The notes under the pieces: model-generated
Databases searched by the model: none
The model's input: only the letters and a program-made list of their open reading frames with translations
What the model was told of the DNA's origin: nothing
Program-made: the position numbers and the translations under genes
Source: Ferruginibacter sp.
Lineage (GTDB): Bacteria; Bacteroidota; Bacteroidia; Chitinophagales; Chitinophagaceae
Direction of reading: 5' to 3'
Assembly: GCA_046329695.1 (NCBI GenBank)
Contig: JAXLUE010000007.1
Location: 9,065-73,064 of the forward strand
Length of the DNA: 64,000 nt
Shown: one piece after another, positions 47,976 through 58,400 of the stretch
How the letters are laid out: every line of letters begins with the position of its first letter
How positions within the stretch are numbered: position 1 is the stretch's first letter

Positions 47976-50900
47976 ATGTCAGCCAAATACCAGGAATACC
48001 AGCAATTGAACCTCCCGGCCATCGGCCAGGAAATCTTATCCAACTGGCATGAAAAACAGGCATTTGAGAAGAGTATAGCACTCAGGGAAGGTCATAAGCC
48101 CTTCGTATTTTATGAAGGCCCTCCCAGCGCCAATGGGATGCCGGGAATCCACCATGTCATTTCGCGCACCCTCAAAGACCTGGTATGCCGGTATAAGACC
48201 ATGCAGGGCTTCCAGGTAAAACGCAAGGGCGGATGGGATACGCACGGCCTGCCCGTTGAACTGGGCGTGGAAAAACTCCTCGGTATCACCAAAGAAGATA
48301 TTGGCAAATCGATCAGTATTGAAGAATATAACGCCACCTGCCGCAAAGAGGTGTTGAAATATAAAGACAAGTGGGATGAGATCACCCGTAAAATGGGTTA
48401 TTGGGTAGATCTGCAAGACCCCTACGTCACTTTTAAGAACGATTATATCGAAACCCTTTGGTGGATACTCAGCGAACTCTTTAAAAAAGGGTATTTATAT
48501 GAAAGCGTGAGTATTCAACCTTACTCTCCGGCAGCCGGTACCGGGCTGAGCAGCCATGAACTGAACCAGCCAGGCACTTACAAGGATGTAAAAGACACCA
48601 GTGCGGTGGCCATGTTCAAAGCCGATCCCGATGCGCTGGCAGCAAATCCGGCATGGAACAAAGCGGGGCTTGATCAATCCATCACCGCCAATACTTTTTT
48701 CCTGGCCTGGACAACCACACCATGGACACTGCCCTCCAACCTCGGCCTGACCGTAGGGCCGCAGATCGAGTATGTACTTGTGCAAACATTTAATCCGTAT
48801 ACTCACCTGCCCATAAACGTTATACTTGCCAAAAACCTGCTGGGGAAATATTTCAAACCCGAAGGAGAAAATGGTGATTTTGCCGGGTATAGTGAAACCG
48901 TCAAATTACTGCCATGGAAGATATTGGCCGGCTTTATGGGAAATGAATTGGCAGATATCCGGTACGAACAACTCCTTCCATTCGATTCAAACACACTGGA
49001 ACGCATACACGAAAACACCCCGGGCGCCAACCCCTTCCGGGTGATCACCGGAGATTTCGTTACCACGGAAGACGGTACGGGGATCGTACACACCGCCCCT
49101 GCCTTTGGCGCAGATGACTATAAAGTGGGCATTAAACATAACCTGGGAATATTGACACTCGTAGACAAAGAAGGAAAATTCATCAACGGAACAGGCGAAT
49201 TCAGTGGCCGTTATGTAAAGAATTATAAAGACGACCCGGCTTACGCAGACGTCAACATCGACATTTCTGTCAGGTTGAAAAAAGAGAACCGGGCCTTTAA
49301 AGTGGAAAAATACGAACACAGTTACCCTCATTGCTGGCGTACGGATAAACCCATCATCTATTATCCGCTGGATGCCTGGTTCATCAAAACCACTGCAGTG
49401 AAAGACAGGATGGTGGCCCTCAACCAAACCATCAACTGGAAACCCGCCACCACCGGTACCGGACGCTTTGGTAACTGGCTCGAAAATATGGTTGACTGGA
49501 ACCTCAGCCGCAGCCGTTTTTGGGGTACCCCGCTGCCGATATGGAAAACGGAAGACGGGTCGGAAATGATCTGCATAGGATCCGTTGAAGAACTGAATGA
49601 AGGCATACGCAAAGCCGCTGACGTACTGGGCGGTGATACCAATACGCATTACTTACATGAAGGGATACTCGATTTGCACAAACCCTATGTGGATGATATC
49701 ACCCTGGTAAGCCCCGGCGGCAAACCCATGAAACGGGTGCCCGACCTGGTGGACGTTTGGTTCGACTCCGGCGCCATGCCCTACGCCCAATGGCATTTTC
49801 CTTTTGAGAACAAGGAAACATTTGAACAGAATTTTCCGGCTGATTTTATTGCAGAAGGCGTCGACCAGACCCGCGGATGGTTTTATACCCTGCACGCCCT
49901 CGCGGTATTATTGTTTGATAGTGTGGCATATAAAACCGTTGTCAGTAACGGACTCGTTCTCGATAAGAACGGGAATAAGATGAGTAAACGCCTCGGCAAC
50001 GTGGTTGACCCATTCAAAACCATCGAAACCTATGGCGCCGACGCCACCAGGTGGTACCTTATCACCAATGCATCACCATGGGACAGCCTCAAATTTGATG
50101 AGGAAGGAATCCGGGAGGTTCAACGTAAATTTTTCGGCACGCTATACAATACCTACCAGTTTTTTGCACTGTATGCTAACGTGGATGGCTTCACCTTCAA
50201 AGAAGGCTATATCCCCCTGGAAAAAAGACCGGAGATCGACCGTTGGATCATCTCCTCGCTGAACAGCCTGGTAAAAAACGTGCAGCTTCATTTGGATAAC
50301 TACGAACCCACCCAGGCCGGAAGGGCCATGGAGGATTTTGTAGATGCCCACCTCAGCAACTGGTATGTTCGCCTCTGCCGCCGCCGTTTCTGGAAAGGCG
50401 AATACGAACATGATAAGATCTGTGCATATCAGACCCTCTATGAATGCCTCGAAACAATGAGCAGGCTGATGGCCCCCATCGCACCGTTCTTTGCAGACTG
50501 GCTCTTTGGAAATCTGAACAAGGTTTCCAGCAGGTTCGCACAGGAATCGGTGCATCATACCGATTTCCCGGTTTGTTCAGACGCCGCCATTGATAACGGA
50601 CTGGAAAAACGCATGCAACTCGCCCAGGACACTTCCTCACTGATCCTTTCTCTCCGTAAAAAAGTGAATATTAAGGTACGTCAACCACTTAAAAGGGTCC
50701 TGATCCCCGCCATTGATACGCAGATGATAGCCGATATCAGGCTGGTGGAAGAGATCATCAAAGCGGAAACCAATATCAAGGAAGTGGAGATCCTGGATGC
50801 CGACAACGATTTTATTCGCAAAAAAGCCCGGGCCAATTTTAAAACCCTGGGAAAAAGACTGGGCGCTAAAATGAAGTGGGCAGCTTCTGAAATTGAAAAA

Positions 50901-51356
50901 TTCGATAACCGCCTGATCGAGGAAGTTTTGAAAGGAAATTTCATTTTGAATGAAAAAGAAGTGAAAAATGGGGAAGAATCCATTATCCTCAACGCCGATG
51001 ATATAGAAATCATTACGGATGAGATACCCGGTTATGAGATCGCCGGAAAAGGAAGCCTCACCGTTGCGCTGGATATCAGTATCGATGAAGAGCTTAAAAA
51101 TGAAGGAAATGCGCGGGAATTTGTGAACCGCATCCAGAATATCCGGAAAGACAGCGGTTTTGACCTGACCGACCGCGTATCGGTTACCGTGCATGAAAAT
51201 GCGGCATTGCAATCGTCTTTAATTCAATTTAAAGACTATATTTGCCGCGAAATTTTGGCGGATTCTCTAGATTTTGTGCCTGTTTTGAACGAAGGCACCC
51301 AAATTGAAGTGAACGAAATACCCATTACAGTTAACGTACTTAAAAAAAGCAATTGA
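47976..51356 (+). CDS. ileS: Isoleucine--tRNA ligase (type 2)
   Basis: EGPPSANGMPGIHH, GWDTHGLPVE, WTTTPWTLP, GTGIVHTAP, FIAEGVDQTRGWF and KMSKR. The long C-terminus has no Zn finger. Confidence 0.97.
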   Translation: MSAKYQEYQQLNLPAIGQEILSNWHEKQAFEKSIALREGHKPFVFYEGPPSANGMPGIHHVISRTLKDLVCRYKTMQGFQVKRKGGWDTHGLPVELGVEKLLGITKEDIGKSISIEEYNATCRKEVLKYKDKWDEITRKMGYWVDLQDPYVTFKNDYIETLWWILSELFKKGYLYESVSIQPYSPAAGTGLSSHELNQPGTYKDVKDTSAVAMFKADPDALAANPAWNKAGLDQSITANTFFLAWTTTPWTLPSNLGLTVGPQIEYVLVQTFNPYTHLPINVILAKNLLGKYFKPEGENGDFAGYSETVKLLPWKILAGFMGNELADIRYEQLLPFDSNTLERIHENTPGANPFRVITGDFVTTEDGTGIVHTAPAFGADDYKVGIKHNLGILTLVDKEGKFINGTGEFSGRYVKNYKDDPAYADVNIDISVRLKKENRAFKVEKYEHSYPHCWRTDKPIIYYPLDAWFIKTTAVKDRMVALNQTINWKPATTGTGRFGNWLENMVDWNLSRSRFWGTPLPIWKTEDGSEMICIGSVEELNEGIRKAADVLGGDTNTHYLHEGILDLHKPYVDDITLVSPGGKPMKRVPDLVDVWFDSGAMPYAQWHFPFENKETFEQNFPADFIAEGVDQTRGWFYTLHALAVLLFDSVAYKTVVSNGLVLDKNGNKMSKRLGNVVDPFKTIETYGADATRWYLITNASPWDSLKFDEEGIREVQRKFFGTLYNTYQFFALYANVDGFTFKEGYIPLEKRPEIDRWIISSLNSLVKNVQLHLDNYEPTQAGRAMEDFVDAHLSNWYVRLCRRRFWKGEYEHDKICAYQTLYECLETMSRLMAPIAPFFADWLFGNLNKVSSRFAQESVHHTDFPVCSDAAIDNGLEKRMQLAQDTSSLILSLRKKVNIKVRQPLKRVLIPAIDTQMIADIRLVEEIIKAETNIKEVEILDADNDFIRKKARANFKTLGKRLGAKMKWAASEIEKFDNRLIEEVLKGNFILNEKEVKNGEESIILNADDIEIITDEIPGYEIAGKGSLTVALDISIDEELKNEGNAREFVNRIQNIRKDSGFDLTDRVSVTVHENAALQSSLIQFKDYICREILADSLDFVPVLNEGTQIEVNEIPITVNVLKKSN

Positions 51357-51358
51357 TT

Positions 51359-52297
51359 ATGGCAACGAAGAAGAAAGCGGCCAAACCGGCACCTAAAAAA
51401 GCAGCCCCCAAAAAACCGGCAGCAAAGCCAGTTGCCAAAAAAGCCGCCCCTGCCAAGCCGGCCCCGAAAAAAGCTGCCCCAAAACCGGTAGCTAAGAAAG
51501 CGCCAGCCAAGCCCGTTGCCAAACCCGTAGCAAAAAAAGCGGCCCCTGCCAAGCCCGCTCCTAAAAAAGTGGCGCCCAAACCCGTTGCTAAAAAACCGGC
51601 GGCTCCCGTTAAAGCAGCCCCCAAAAAAGCGGCTCCCCAGCCTGTTGCAAAAAAACCAGCGGCCCCTGTAAAACCTGCAGCCCCTGCACCCAAAAAAGCA
51701 GAAGTGGTAAAACCGGCCGCCAAAGCTCCGGAAGTTAAACCGGCGCCTCCCGTTAAGGTATCAACAGGCATCAAAGCCATCGCCAAAAATCCGAAAGACA
51801 TCAAGATCGCACCACCCAAACCGGTCGTGCTGCCCAAAATATCAACTAAAACAGCCCGTAAATACCAACCCGATTTCACCAAATCGGTATTGGATACGCA
51901 AAAAGCCAACGACCCGGGAGCACCGATCGTAAGGTATAGCGATGCGGAACTGGCTGAATTCAGGGAACTGATCCAACGCAAACTGGAAGCCGCCAAAAAA
52001 GAATTGAACTACCTGCAGGGATTGATCACCCGTAAAGATGAAATGGGTGGCGATGAAAGCGAGAACCGTTATATGACCATGGAAGACGGAAGCCTTTCTA
52101 TGGAAAGGGAACAACTGAGCCAGATGGCCAGCCGCCAGATCACCTTTATCGATCACCTGGAAAAAGCCCTGATGCGTATTGAAAATAAAACCTATGGTAT
52201 CTGCCGCGTAACAGGTAAACTGATCGATAAGGCCCGCCTCCGCGCAGTTCCTCACGCAACCCTGAGCATCGAAGCAAAAATGGGGATGAACAAGTAG
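51359..52297 (+). CDS. TraR/DksA-family transcription factor with N-terminal histone H1-like Lys/Ala/Pro repeats
   Basis: C-terminal RYSDAELAEF..LEKALMRIENKTYGICRVTGKLIDKARLRAVPHATLSIEAK. The N-terminal ~130 aa are KKAAPAKP repeats. Confidence 0.85.
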   Translation: MATKKKAAKPAPKKAAPKKPAAKPVAKKAAPAKPAPKKAAPKPVAKKAPAKPVAKPVAKKAAPAKPAPKKVAPKPVAKKPAAPVKAAPKKAAPQPVAKKPAAPVKPAAPAPKKAEVVKPAAKAPEVKPAPPVKVSTGIKAIAKNPKDIKIAPPKPVVLPKISTKTARKYQPDFTKSVLDTQKANDPGAPIVRYSDAELAEFRELIQRKLEAAKKELNYLQGLITRKDEMGGDESENRYMTMEDGSLSMEREQLSQMASRQITFIDHLEKALMRIENKTYGICRVTGKLIDKARLRAVPHATLSIEAKMGMNK

Positions 52298-52318
52298 ACT
52301 TATTGCATCTAACATAGT

Positions 52319-52361
52319 ACATGCTGCATGTAGAAGTTCCAGACTTTTACATGCAGCATGT
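52319..52361. terminator. Long inverted repeat (19-bp stem) between convergent genes
   Basis: ACATGCTGCATGTAGAAGT-tccag-ACTTTTACATGCAGCATGT with one G.U pair. Confidence 0.7.
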
Positions 52362-52451
52362 TTGTTTTAAGAAGGCCCCGCTTTTCATTATTCAGTTTCT
52401 CTGAAGACCTATTCAGCAATCCATCATACACAATTTATCGCAGATCACTCA

Positions 52452-54281
52452 TCACTTCACTTCCTGCATTTCCACCAGCCTCCTATAAAAACCATTCTGG
52501 CCGATCAGGCTTTGGTGGGTGCCCCTTTCCACGATCTCGCCTTTTTGTAAAACAATGATCTCGTCTGCATGACGGATCGTACTTAACCGATGCGCGATGA
52601 CGATGGAAGTGCGATTGTTCATCAGGTTATTGATGGCATCCTGTACGAGTCTTTCACTTTCCGTATCAAGGGACGATGTGGCTTCATCCAGGATGAGGAT
52701 GGGTGGGTTTTTTAGTACGGCCCTGGCAATGGTCAGCCTTTGCCTTTCACCGCCGCTGAGCTTCTGGCCTCTGTCGCCAATATTGGTATCATAGCCCTGT
52801 TCCTTTTTGTCGATGAAAGAGGCCGCATTGGCGATCTCCGCCGCCTGCCTGATCTCATCGGGGGTTGCATGGTCTTTTCCCAATGCGATGTTCGAACCGA
52901 TGCTGTCGTTGAAGAGGATGGCTTCCTGTGTAACTATACCCATGAGATCACGGATGGAATGCAGGCTGTATTCCCTGATATTGATGCCGTCAATGAGCAC
53001 TTCGCCCTCCGTGGCATCAATGAAGCGCGGGATGAGGTCGGCCAGGGTGCTCTTACCTGCGCCGCTACTGCCCACCAATGCCACCGTCTTTCCCTTTTCA
53101 ATGGTCAGGTTGATGTTGCGGAGGATCATCTTATCCTGGTAAGCAAAACTTACGTTCTTCAACTCAATGGAACGCGTAAACGAAGACAGGGCGATGGCAT
53201 CCGGTTTTTCCTTGATACCCACCTGTTCGTGTATCAGCGCTTCGATCCTTTCTATACTGGCCGCGCCTTTCTGTATATTATACGAAGCACTGGACAATCC
53301 CTTGAGCGGTTGGATCAACTGGGTGAAGATGGCAATATAGGCCAGGAAATCACCGGCATTCAGTGTAAAGGTAGCGTCCCCGCTAAGTACGAGTCTTCCG
53401 CCATACCAGAGGATGCAAAGCACCGATGTCACGCCCAGCGCCTCTGAAACGGGCGAAGCCAGGTCGCGCCGCCGGTTGGCTTTGTTCTTCAGGTGGTACA
53501 TGGCCATATTCTCCTCTTCGAACTTGCGCTGTATTTTTTTCTCCGCATTGAATGCTTTGATGATGCGTATACCGCCCAGCGTTTCCTCGATCGTCGAAAA
53601 CATTTGCCCGAATTGCTGCAGCACCATTTTGTTTTCCTTTTTCAGCGACCGGCCGATCCTTCCCAGGATTAATCCGGCAACAGGCAGAAATATGAGCAGG
53701 AAAAGGGTCAGTTGCGGACTTAGGATGATCATGTACGTGAAGAAAAGCAGGATGGTGATCGGCTCGCGAAACAAACTCTCCAACACACTGATGGTGGAAT
53801 TTTCCACATCACCCAGGTCGTTTGAGAGGCGACTCATGATATCGCCCTTGCGCTGCTCGGTAAAATACCCGATCGGCAGTTGCAGTATCTTCGAATACAT
53901 ATTGCTGCGCATATCATTCAATATCCGGTTACGGATCGGGTTGAGAAAATACATGCTCATGTAAGCGAAAAAATTCTTCAGCATCACCGCCGCGAATACC
54001 ACCAGGCAGATGACCATCAGGGCACGGATATTACCACCGGGCGTCTGTATCAGTTCATAGATCCAGTTTTTGAAATAGATCAGCGGATTGATGGTACTTA
54101 AACCCGTGGCGGGTATCGCCTTGAATGCATCGCCCTGCTTGAAGATCAGCATCAAAAAAGGGCTCAACAGGCCCAGTGAAAGGACGCCGAACAAGGCAGA
54201 CAGTATATTGAATCCGAAATAAGTGGCCACGAGGCCGGGATATTGGCGGACATACCTGAAAATCGTTCGTAAACTCTTCAT
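52452..54281 (-). CDS. ABC transporter ATP-binding/permease (MsbA-like)
   Basis: N-terminal TMD, Walker A GSSGAGKST, signature LSGGERQR and LILDEATSSLD. Confidence 0.9.
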   Translation of the reverse strand: MKSLRTIFRYVRQYPGLVATYFGFNILSALFGVLSLGLLSPFLMLIFKQGDAFKAIPATGLSTINPLIYFKNWIYELIQTPGGNIRALMVICLVVFAAVMLKNFFAYMSMYFLNPIRNRILNDMRSNMYSKILQLPIGYFTEQRKGDIMSRLSNDLGDVENSTISVLESLFREPITILLFFTYMIILSPQLTLFLLIFLPVAGLILGRIGRSLKKENKMVLQQFGQMFSTIEETLGGIRIIKAFNAEKKIQRKFEEENMAMYHLKNKANRRRDLASPVSEALGVTSVLCILWYGGRLVLSGDATFTLNAGDFLAYIAIFTQLIQPLKGLSSASYNIQKGAASIERIEALIHEQVGIKEKPDAIALSSFTRSIELKNVSFAYQDKMILRNINLTIEKGKTVALVGSSGAGKSTLADLIPRFIDATEGEVLIDGINIREYSLHSIRDLMGIVTQEAILFNDSIGSNIALGKDHATPDEIRQAAEIANAASFIDKKEQGYDTNIGDRGQKLSGGERQRLTIARAVLKNPPILILDEATSSLDTESERLVQDAINNLMNNRTSIVIAHRLSTIRHADEIIVLQKGEIVERGTHQSLIGQNGFYRRLVEMQEVK

Positions 54282-54361
54282 ACCCGGTGCGGGTTAATAA
54301 ATAATAAGCGGTAATAAACGCACAAAGTAAGTACTTTTACACCGATAAAACGGAGATTACC

Positions 54362-54739
54362 ATGATAGAAGGAAAAAGACAGAAACAAGTGGCGGCGGTA
54401 CTGGAAAAAGAGTTGAACGATATCTTCCAGCGCCTCGGACTGTCGATGATCGATGGTGGCATGGTGTCGATCTCCTCCGTAAAAATCACGCCGGACCTGT
54501 TTGATGCACGCATTTATCTCAGCCTGTTCAAAGTGAATAACCCGGTGGAAACGCTTAAACACATACAGGAAAAAAGCTGGGAGATCAAAAAGGAGCTGAC
54601 TGCCCGTGTCAGGCACCAACTGCGCAGCATGCCGCAACTCAATTTCTACATCGACGATACGCTGGAGTACGTAGATAAAATGGAGAAATTGCTGAAAGAG
54701 ATCAAACAGCAGGACGATCAACAAAAACACAAAGACTAG
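54362..54739 (+). CDS. rbfA: 30S ribosome-binding factor A
   Basis: KRQKQVA..ISSVKITPDLFDARIYLS..QLRSMPQLNFYIDDTL. Confidence 0.92.
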   Translation: MIEGKRQKQVAAVLEKELNDIFQRLGLSMIDGGMVSISSVKITPDLFDARIYLSLFKVNNPVETLKHIQEKSWEIKKELTARVRHQLRSMPQLNFYIDDTLEYVDKMEKLLKEIKQQDDQQKHKD

Positions 54740-54746
54740 CCCATTC

Positions 54747-55967
54747 ATGTACCTCAGCTTCGCATGGCGCTATTTTAAAGGAAAGAAATCGGCGCATGCC
54801 ATTAATATCATATCATGGGTAACTACCGCGGTGATCGCTTTTGCCACCTGCTGCCAGGTTCTGGTACTTAGTGTATTCAACGGATTTGAATCGCTGGTGA
54901 AATCCATGTACTCCTCCTTCTACACCGACCTGAAGCTGGTTCCCGTCAAAGGCAAAACCCTGCACCTTTCACCCGGGCAACTCGCCTCCATAAAAGCCCA
55001 GCCATATATCGGGCAACTTTCCACCATCGTGGAAGAAACGGCCCTCATGCAGTACGACGAACAGCAAACAACCATCAAACTGAAAGGTGTCGATCGATCG
55101 TATCCGCAGGTAAGCGGCGTTGCAGAAAAAACCAACCGGGGCCAATTTCATATCGGCAATACATCGGAACCGGAAATGGTCATAGGTGCCGGTGTTCAAT
55201 ATTCCTCCGGCATTATTATCAGTGACGCCTATGCGCCGGAAGCCGTTACCGTCATCCTTCCCAAAAAAAAGGAAACAGGATCGGACCCGCTGCAGGCCAT
55301 CAGTGAAGGGGTTCTTCATGTCAGCGGCTCTTTTGCCATTCAACAGGAATTCGATAACCTCTATGCCATCACCAACACCGGTTTCATGCAGCATCAGATG
55401 AACCTCGATGCCGATGAATTCAGTGCCGTTGAAATAAAACTGAAACCCGGATATAACCTGGAGGAATCACAATCCTCGCTGCAACAGTTCCTGGGCAATA
55501 CCTGCACGGTGCAAACAAGATACCAGCAAAACAGCAGTTTGTATAATACGATGAAGACGGAAAAATGGGCCATTTACGCCATACTCACGCTCATTCTGAT
55601 CATCGCGGCGTTTAATATGGTAAGCGCATTAACCATGCTTGTGCTGGAAAAAAAGCAAGACATATCCATCCTGTTGAGTATGGGATCCTCCCCTTCACAG
55701 ATCAGGAAAATATTTTTATCGGAAGGCCTGTTGCTGGGCATCTTAGGCACAGCCATCGGCATCGGCCTGGCAACAGCCATTTGTTTAATCCAGCTAAAAT
55801 TTAAGAAGATAAAACTCACCGGCTCATCATTCCTGATTGATTACTTCCCAGTAAAAATGGTGATGTCCGATTTCCTGCTGGTTGCAGGTACCGCGATGGC
55901 GATCGCCTTGCTGGCAGCCTGGTTCCCGGCAAGAAAAGCGGGAAAGCAGATGGTATCTTTAAGGTGA
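54747..55967 (+). CDS. LolC/LolE-like ABC transporter permease (FtsX family)
   Basis: FAWRYF, VLSVFNGFE, IIAAFNMVSALTMLVLEKKQDISIL..MG and WFPARKA. Confidence 0.88.
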   Translation: MYLSFAWRYFKGKKSAHAINIISWVTTAVIAFATCCQVLVLSVFNGFESLVKSMYSSFYTDLKLVPVKGKTLHLSPGQLASIKAQPYIGQLSTIVEETALMQYDEQQTTIKLKGVDRSYPQVSGVAEKTNRGQFHIGNTSEPEMVIGAGVQYSSGIIISDAYAPEAVTVILPKKKETGSDPLQAISEGVLHVSGSFAIQQEFDNLYAITNTGFMQHQMNLDADEFSAVEIKLKPGYNLEESQSSLQQFLGNTCTVQTRYQQNSSLYNTMKTEKWAIYAILTLILIIAAFNMVSALTMLVLEKKQDISILLSMGSSPSQIRKIFLSEGLLLGILGTAIGIGLATAICLIQLKFKKIKLTGSSFLIDYFPVKMVMSDFLLVAGTAMAIALLAAWFPARKAGKQMVSLR

Positions 55968-56077
55968 TGAGACGATCTGCATATGTCGAAAGCAGATAAT
56001 TATTATCTCTCACGGATATCACAGATTGACACAGATGAATCAATTATACACACCAATCTTAAGTGGGTAGGTCAACT

Positions 56078-56130
56078 CATTATCACATTATCACATTATC
56101 ACATTATCAAATTATCACATTACCACATTA
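56078..56130. repeat. 8-bp tandem repeat (CATTATCA) x ~6.6
   Basis: cattatca x4, aattatca, cattacca, catta; it abuts the transketolase stop codon. Confidence 0.85.
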
Positions 56131-56961
56131 ATAATCCCCAACCGTCTCCGGCAACTGTGCAAGTGCCTTGGCCAATTGTTCATCATTCGGGGCAATGCCA
56201 TGCCATTCATGCCCGGTTTCCATAAAGTCGATTCCCTTGCCCATGGTGGTTTTCATGAGTATGCAAACAGGTTTACCCTGCCCGGTCATCGTTTTGGCCT
56301 TTTCCAGTCCGGCTACTACGGCATCCATATCATTACCGTCCATTTCCATAACGAGCCAGCCAAATGATTCAAACTTGGCACGCAGGTCACCAAGGCCCAT
56401 GACCTCGCGGGTAGGGCCATCGATCTGCTGACCATTCCAGTCGATCGTTGCAATAAGGTTATCGATCTTATGATGGGCCGCAAACATGATCGCTTCCCAG
56501 TTTTGTCCTTCATCCAGTTCGCCATCGCCATGCAGAGAGAAAACGAGGTATGGGTCTTTATTGAATTTCTTGGCCATGGCCGCACCGGCTGCTACACTCA
56601 TGCCCTGCCCCAACGAACCGCTCGACATACGGATACCCGGAAGGTGTTCGTGCGTGGTGGGGTGACCCTGTAATCGGGTGTTTAAACGGCGGAAAGTTTT
56701 CAATTCGTTAACCGGAAAATAACCGGCACGGGCCAGGACACTGTAATAAACCGGTGTGATATGACCGTTACTCAGAAAGAAAATATCCTCCCCGGTGCCG
56801 TCCATCTTGAAATCAGTACTGTATCTCATGACCTTGAAATATAAAGCGGTCAGGTATTCCGTACAACCCAGCGAACCGCCGGGGTGCCCGCTCTGTATCC
56901 CGTGCACCATACGCACAATATCCCTTCTCACCTGGGTGGCCATGTCTGTAAGGTTGATCAT
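56128..56961 (-). CDS. Transketolase, N-terminal (TPP-binding) subunit
   Basis: SGHPGGSLG, LSNGH, LQGHP, GSLGQG, GDGELDEGQNWEA and WHG. Confidence 0.92.
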   Translation of the reverse strand: MINLTDMATQVRRDIVRMVHGIQSGHPGGSLGCTEYLTALYFKVMRYSTDFKMDGTGEDIFFLSNGHITPVYYSVLARAGYFPVNELKTFRRLNTRLQGHPTTHEHLPGIRMSSGSLGQGMSVAAGAAMAKKFNKDPYLVFSLHGDGELDEGQNWEAIMFAAHHKIDNLIATIDWNGQQIDGPTREVMGLGDLRAKFESFGWLVMEMDGNDMDAVVAGLEKAKTMTGQGKPVCILMKTTMGKGIDFMETGHEWHGIAPNDEQLAKALAQLPETVGDY

Positions 56962-57177
56962 ATCAGGTTGGTTTTGTGGTTGCAAACCTAAATCAAATCA
57001 ATTCATATGCAAAGAAAAAAAAGATAATAGGACGGCCCTTCGTTCGTTATTTAACCGGCAGATCAGTTGAAGGTTTGTAAGTTTCGGATTTCAATATTTT
57101 TTAATATATGGTCCTCTAAAAGTTTATTATCCGAAACAATATTTATACTTTTGTACACAACGGAACAATCCTATTGC

Positions 57178-58302
57178 ATGGACAATATTCTTCTCAGTGC
57201 CGCGCTTGCTTTCCTCATCACTTACTTTGCGATACCTGTGATCATCCAGGTAGCGAAAGACAAGAAATTGTTTGATGAACCCGATGAGCGGAAAGTACAT
57301 AAAGCGGTTATCCCTACTTTAGGCGGACTGGGAATTTTTGCCGGATTCATCATTGGCACCCTGATGGGCGTTCCTTCGGGTACCAGTATGGAGCTTCAGT
57401 ATTTTGTGGCCGCCGCCATCGTGATGTTCTTCCTGGGGATGAAAGACGACGTCCTGATCCTTTCTGCCAGCAAAAAATTCATCGGTCAGTTGATCGCCGC
57501 GGGTATCGTGATCCGCTTCGGCGGCGTACAGATCACCAATATGCACGGCTTGCTGGGTGTTTACCAGATTCCCCATATGGCCAGCCTGGCGCTCTCCCTG
57601 TTCACCATCATCGTGATAACCAATTCGTTCAACCTGATCGATGGCGTTGACGGACTGGCCGGAAGCCTTGGCCTCCTGACAACCCTGGTATTCGGTTCTT
57701 ACTTCTTTTATATTGGCCAGTTCACCTATGCCGTGATGGCCTTTGCCCTGGCCGGAAGCCTGATCAGTTTCCTGATCTATAATTTTCCGCCCGCCAAAAT
57801 ATTCATGGGCGATACGGGTTCATTACTGCTTGGCCTCGTAAACTCCATCCTGGTCATTAAGTTCATCAACTTTGCCGCGGCCCCGGAAGCCATCCTTCCC
57901 CTTGAAGCCGCGCCAGCCATAGGATTTGCCATCCTGATGATCCCGCTGGCCGATACCCTGCGCGTATTTGGCCTCCGGCTGCTCGACCGCCGTTCCCCTT
58001 TTAGTCCAGACAGGAACCATATCCACCATTTCCTGCTCGACCTGGGATTTTCGCACCGTAAGATCACTCTCACCTGTGTAAGTGCTAACATACTTTTCAT
58101 AGCCCTGGCCATTGCGCTTCGCCAGATGGGAACAACCACCGTGATGGGCATCCTTTTACTCAGTGCCCTGACACTTGTCAGCCTGGTTTATTTTTTCCGT
58201 CAGAAATCCAAAAAGGTCAGGCTCGAAAAGACAACCAGCAAAGAGATCATCAAACAACCCAAGATCATTACACTCGTATCGGATACTGTTGAAGCCGAAT
58301 AA
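57178..58302 (+). CDS. MraY/WecA-family polyprenyl-phosphate N-acetylhexosamine-1-phosphate transferase
   Basis: RKVH..PTLGG, GMKDD, NSFNLIDGVDGLA, IFMGDTGS and PDRNHIHH. TACTTTTG at 57146-57153 supports this start. Confidence 0.9.
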   Translation: MDNILLSAALAFLITYFAIPVIIQVAKDKKLFDEPDERKVHKAVIPTLGGLGIFAGFIIGTLMGVPSGTSMELQYFVAAAIVMFFLGMKDDVLILSASKKFIGQLIAAGIVIRFGGVQITNMHGLLGVYQIPHMASLALSLFTIIVITNSFNLIDGVDGLAGSLGLLTTLVFGSYFFYIGQFTYAVMAFALAGSLISFLIYNFPPAKIFMGDTGSLLLGLVNSILVIKFINFAAAPEAILPLEAAPAIGFAILMIPLADTLRVFGLRLLDRRSPFSPDRNHIHHFLLDLGFSHRKITLTCVSANILFIALAIALRQMGTTTVMGILLLSALTLVSLVYFFRQKSKKVRLEKTTSKEIIKQPKIITLVSDTVEAE

Positions 58303-58400
58303 TACCTTCCGGGCAGCTTTTTTAAGCCCGGCCAGGTCTGTTTACCAGGCAACAATGAATGCCCATATTTCATAGATTTGCACCCAATTCAATTAAGGAT

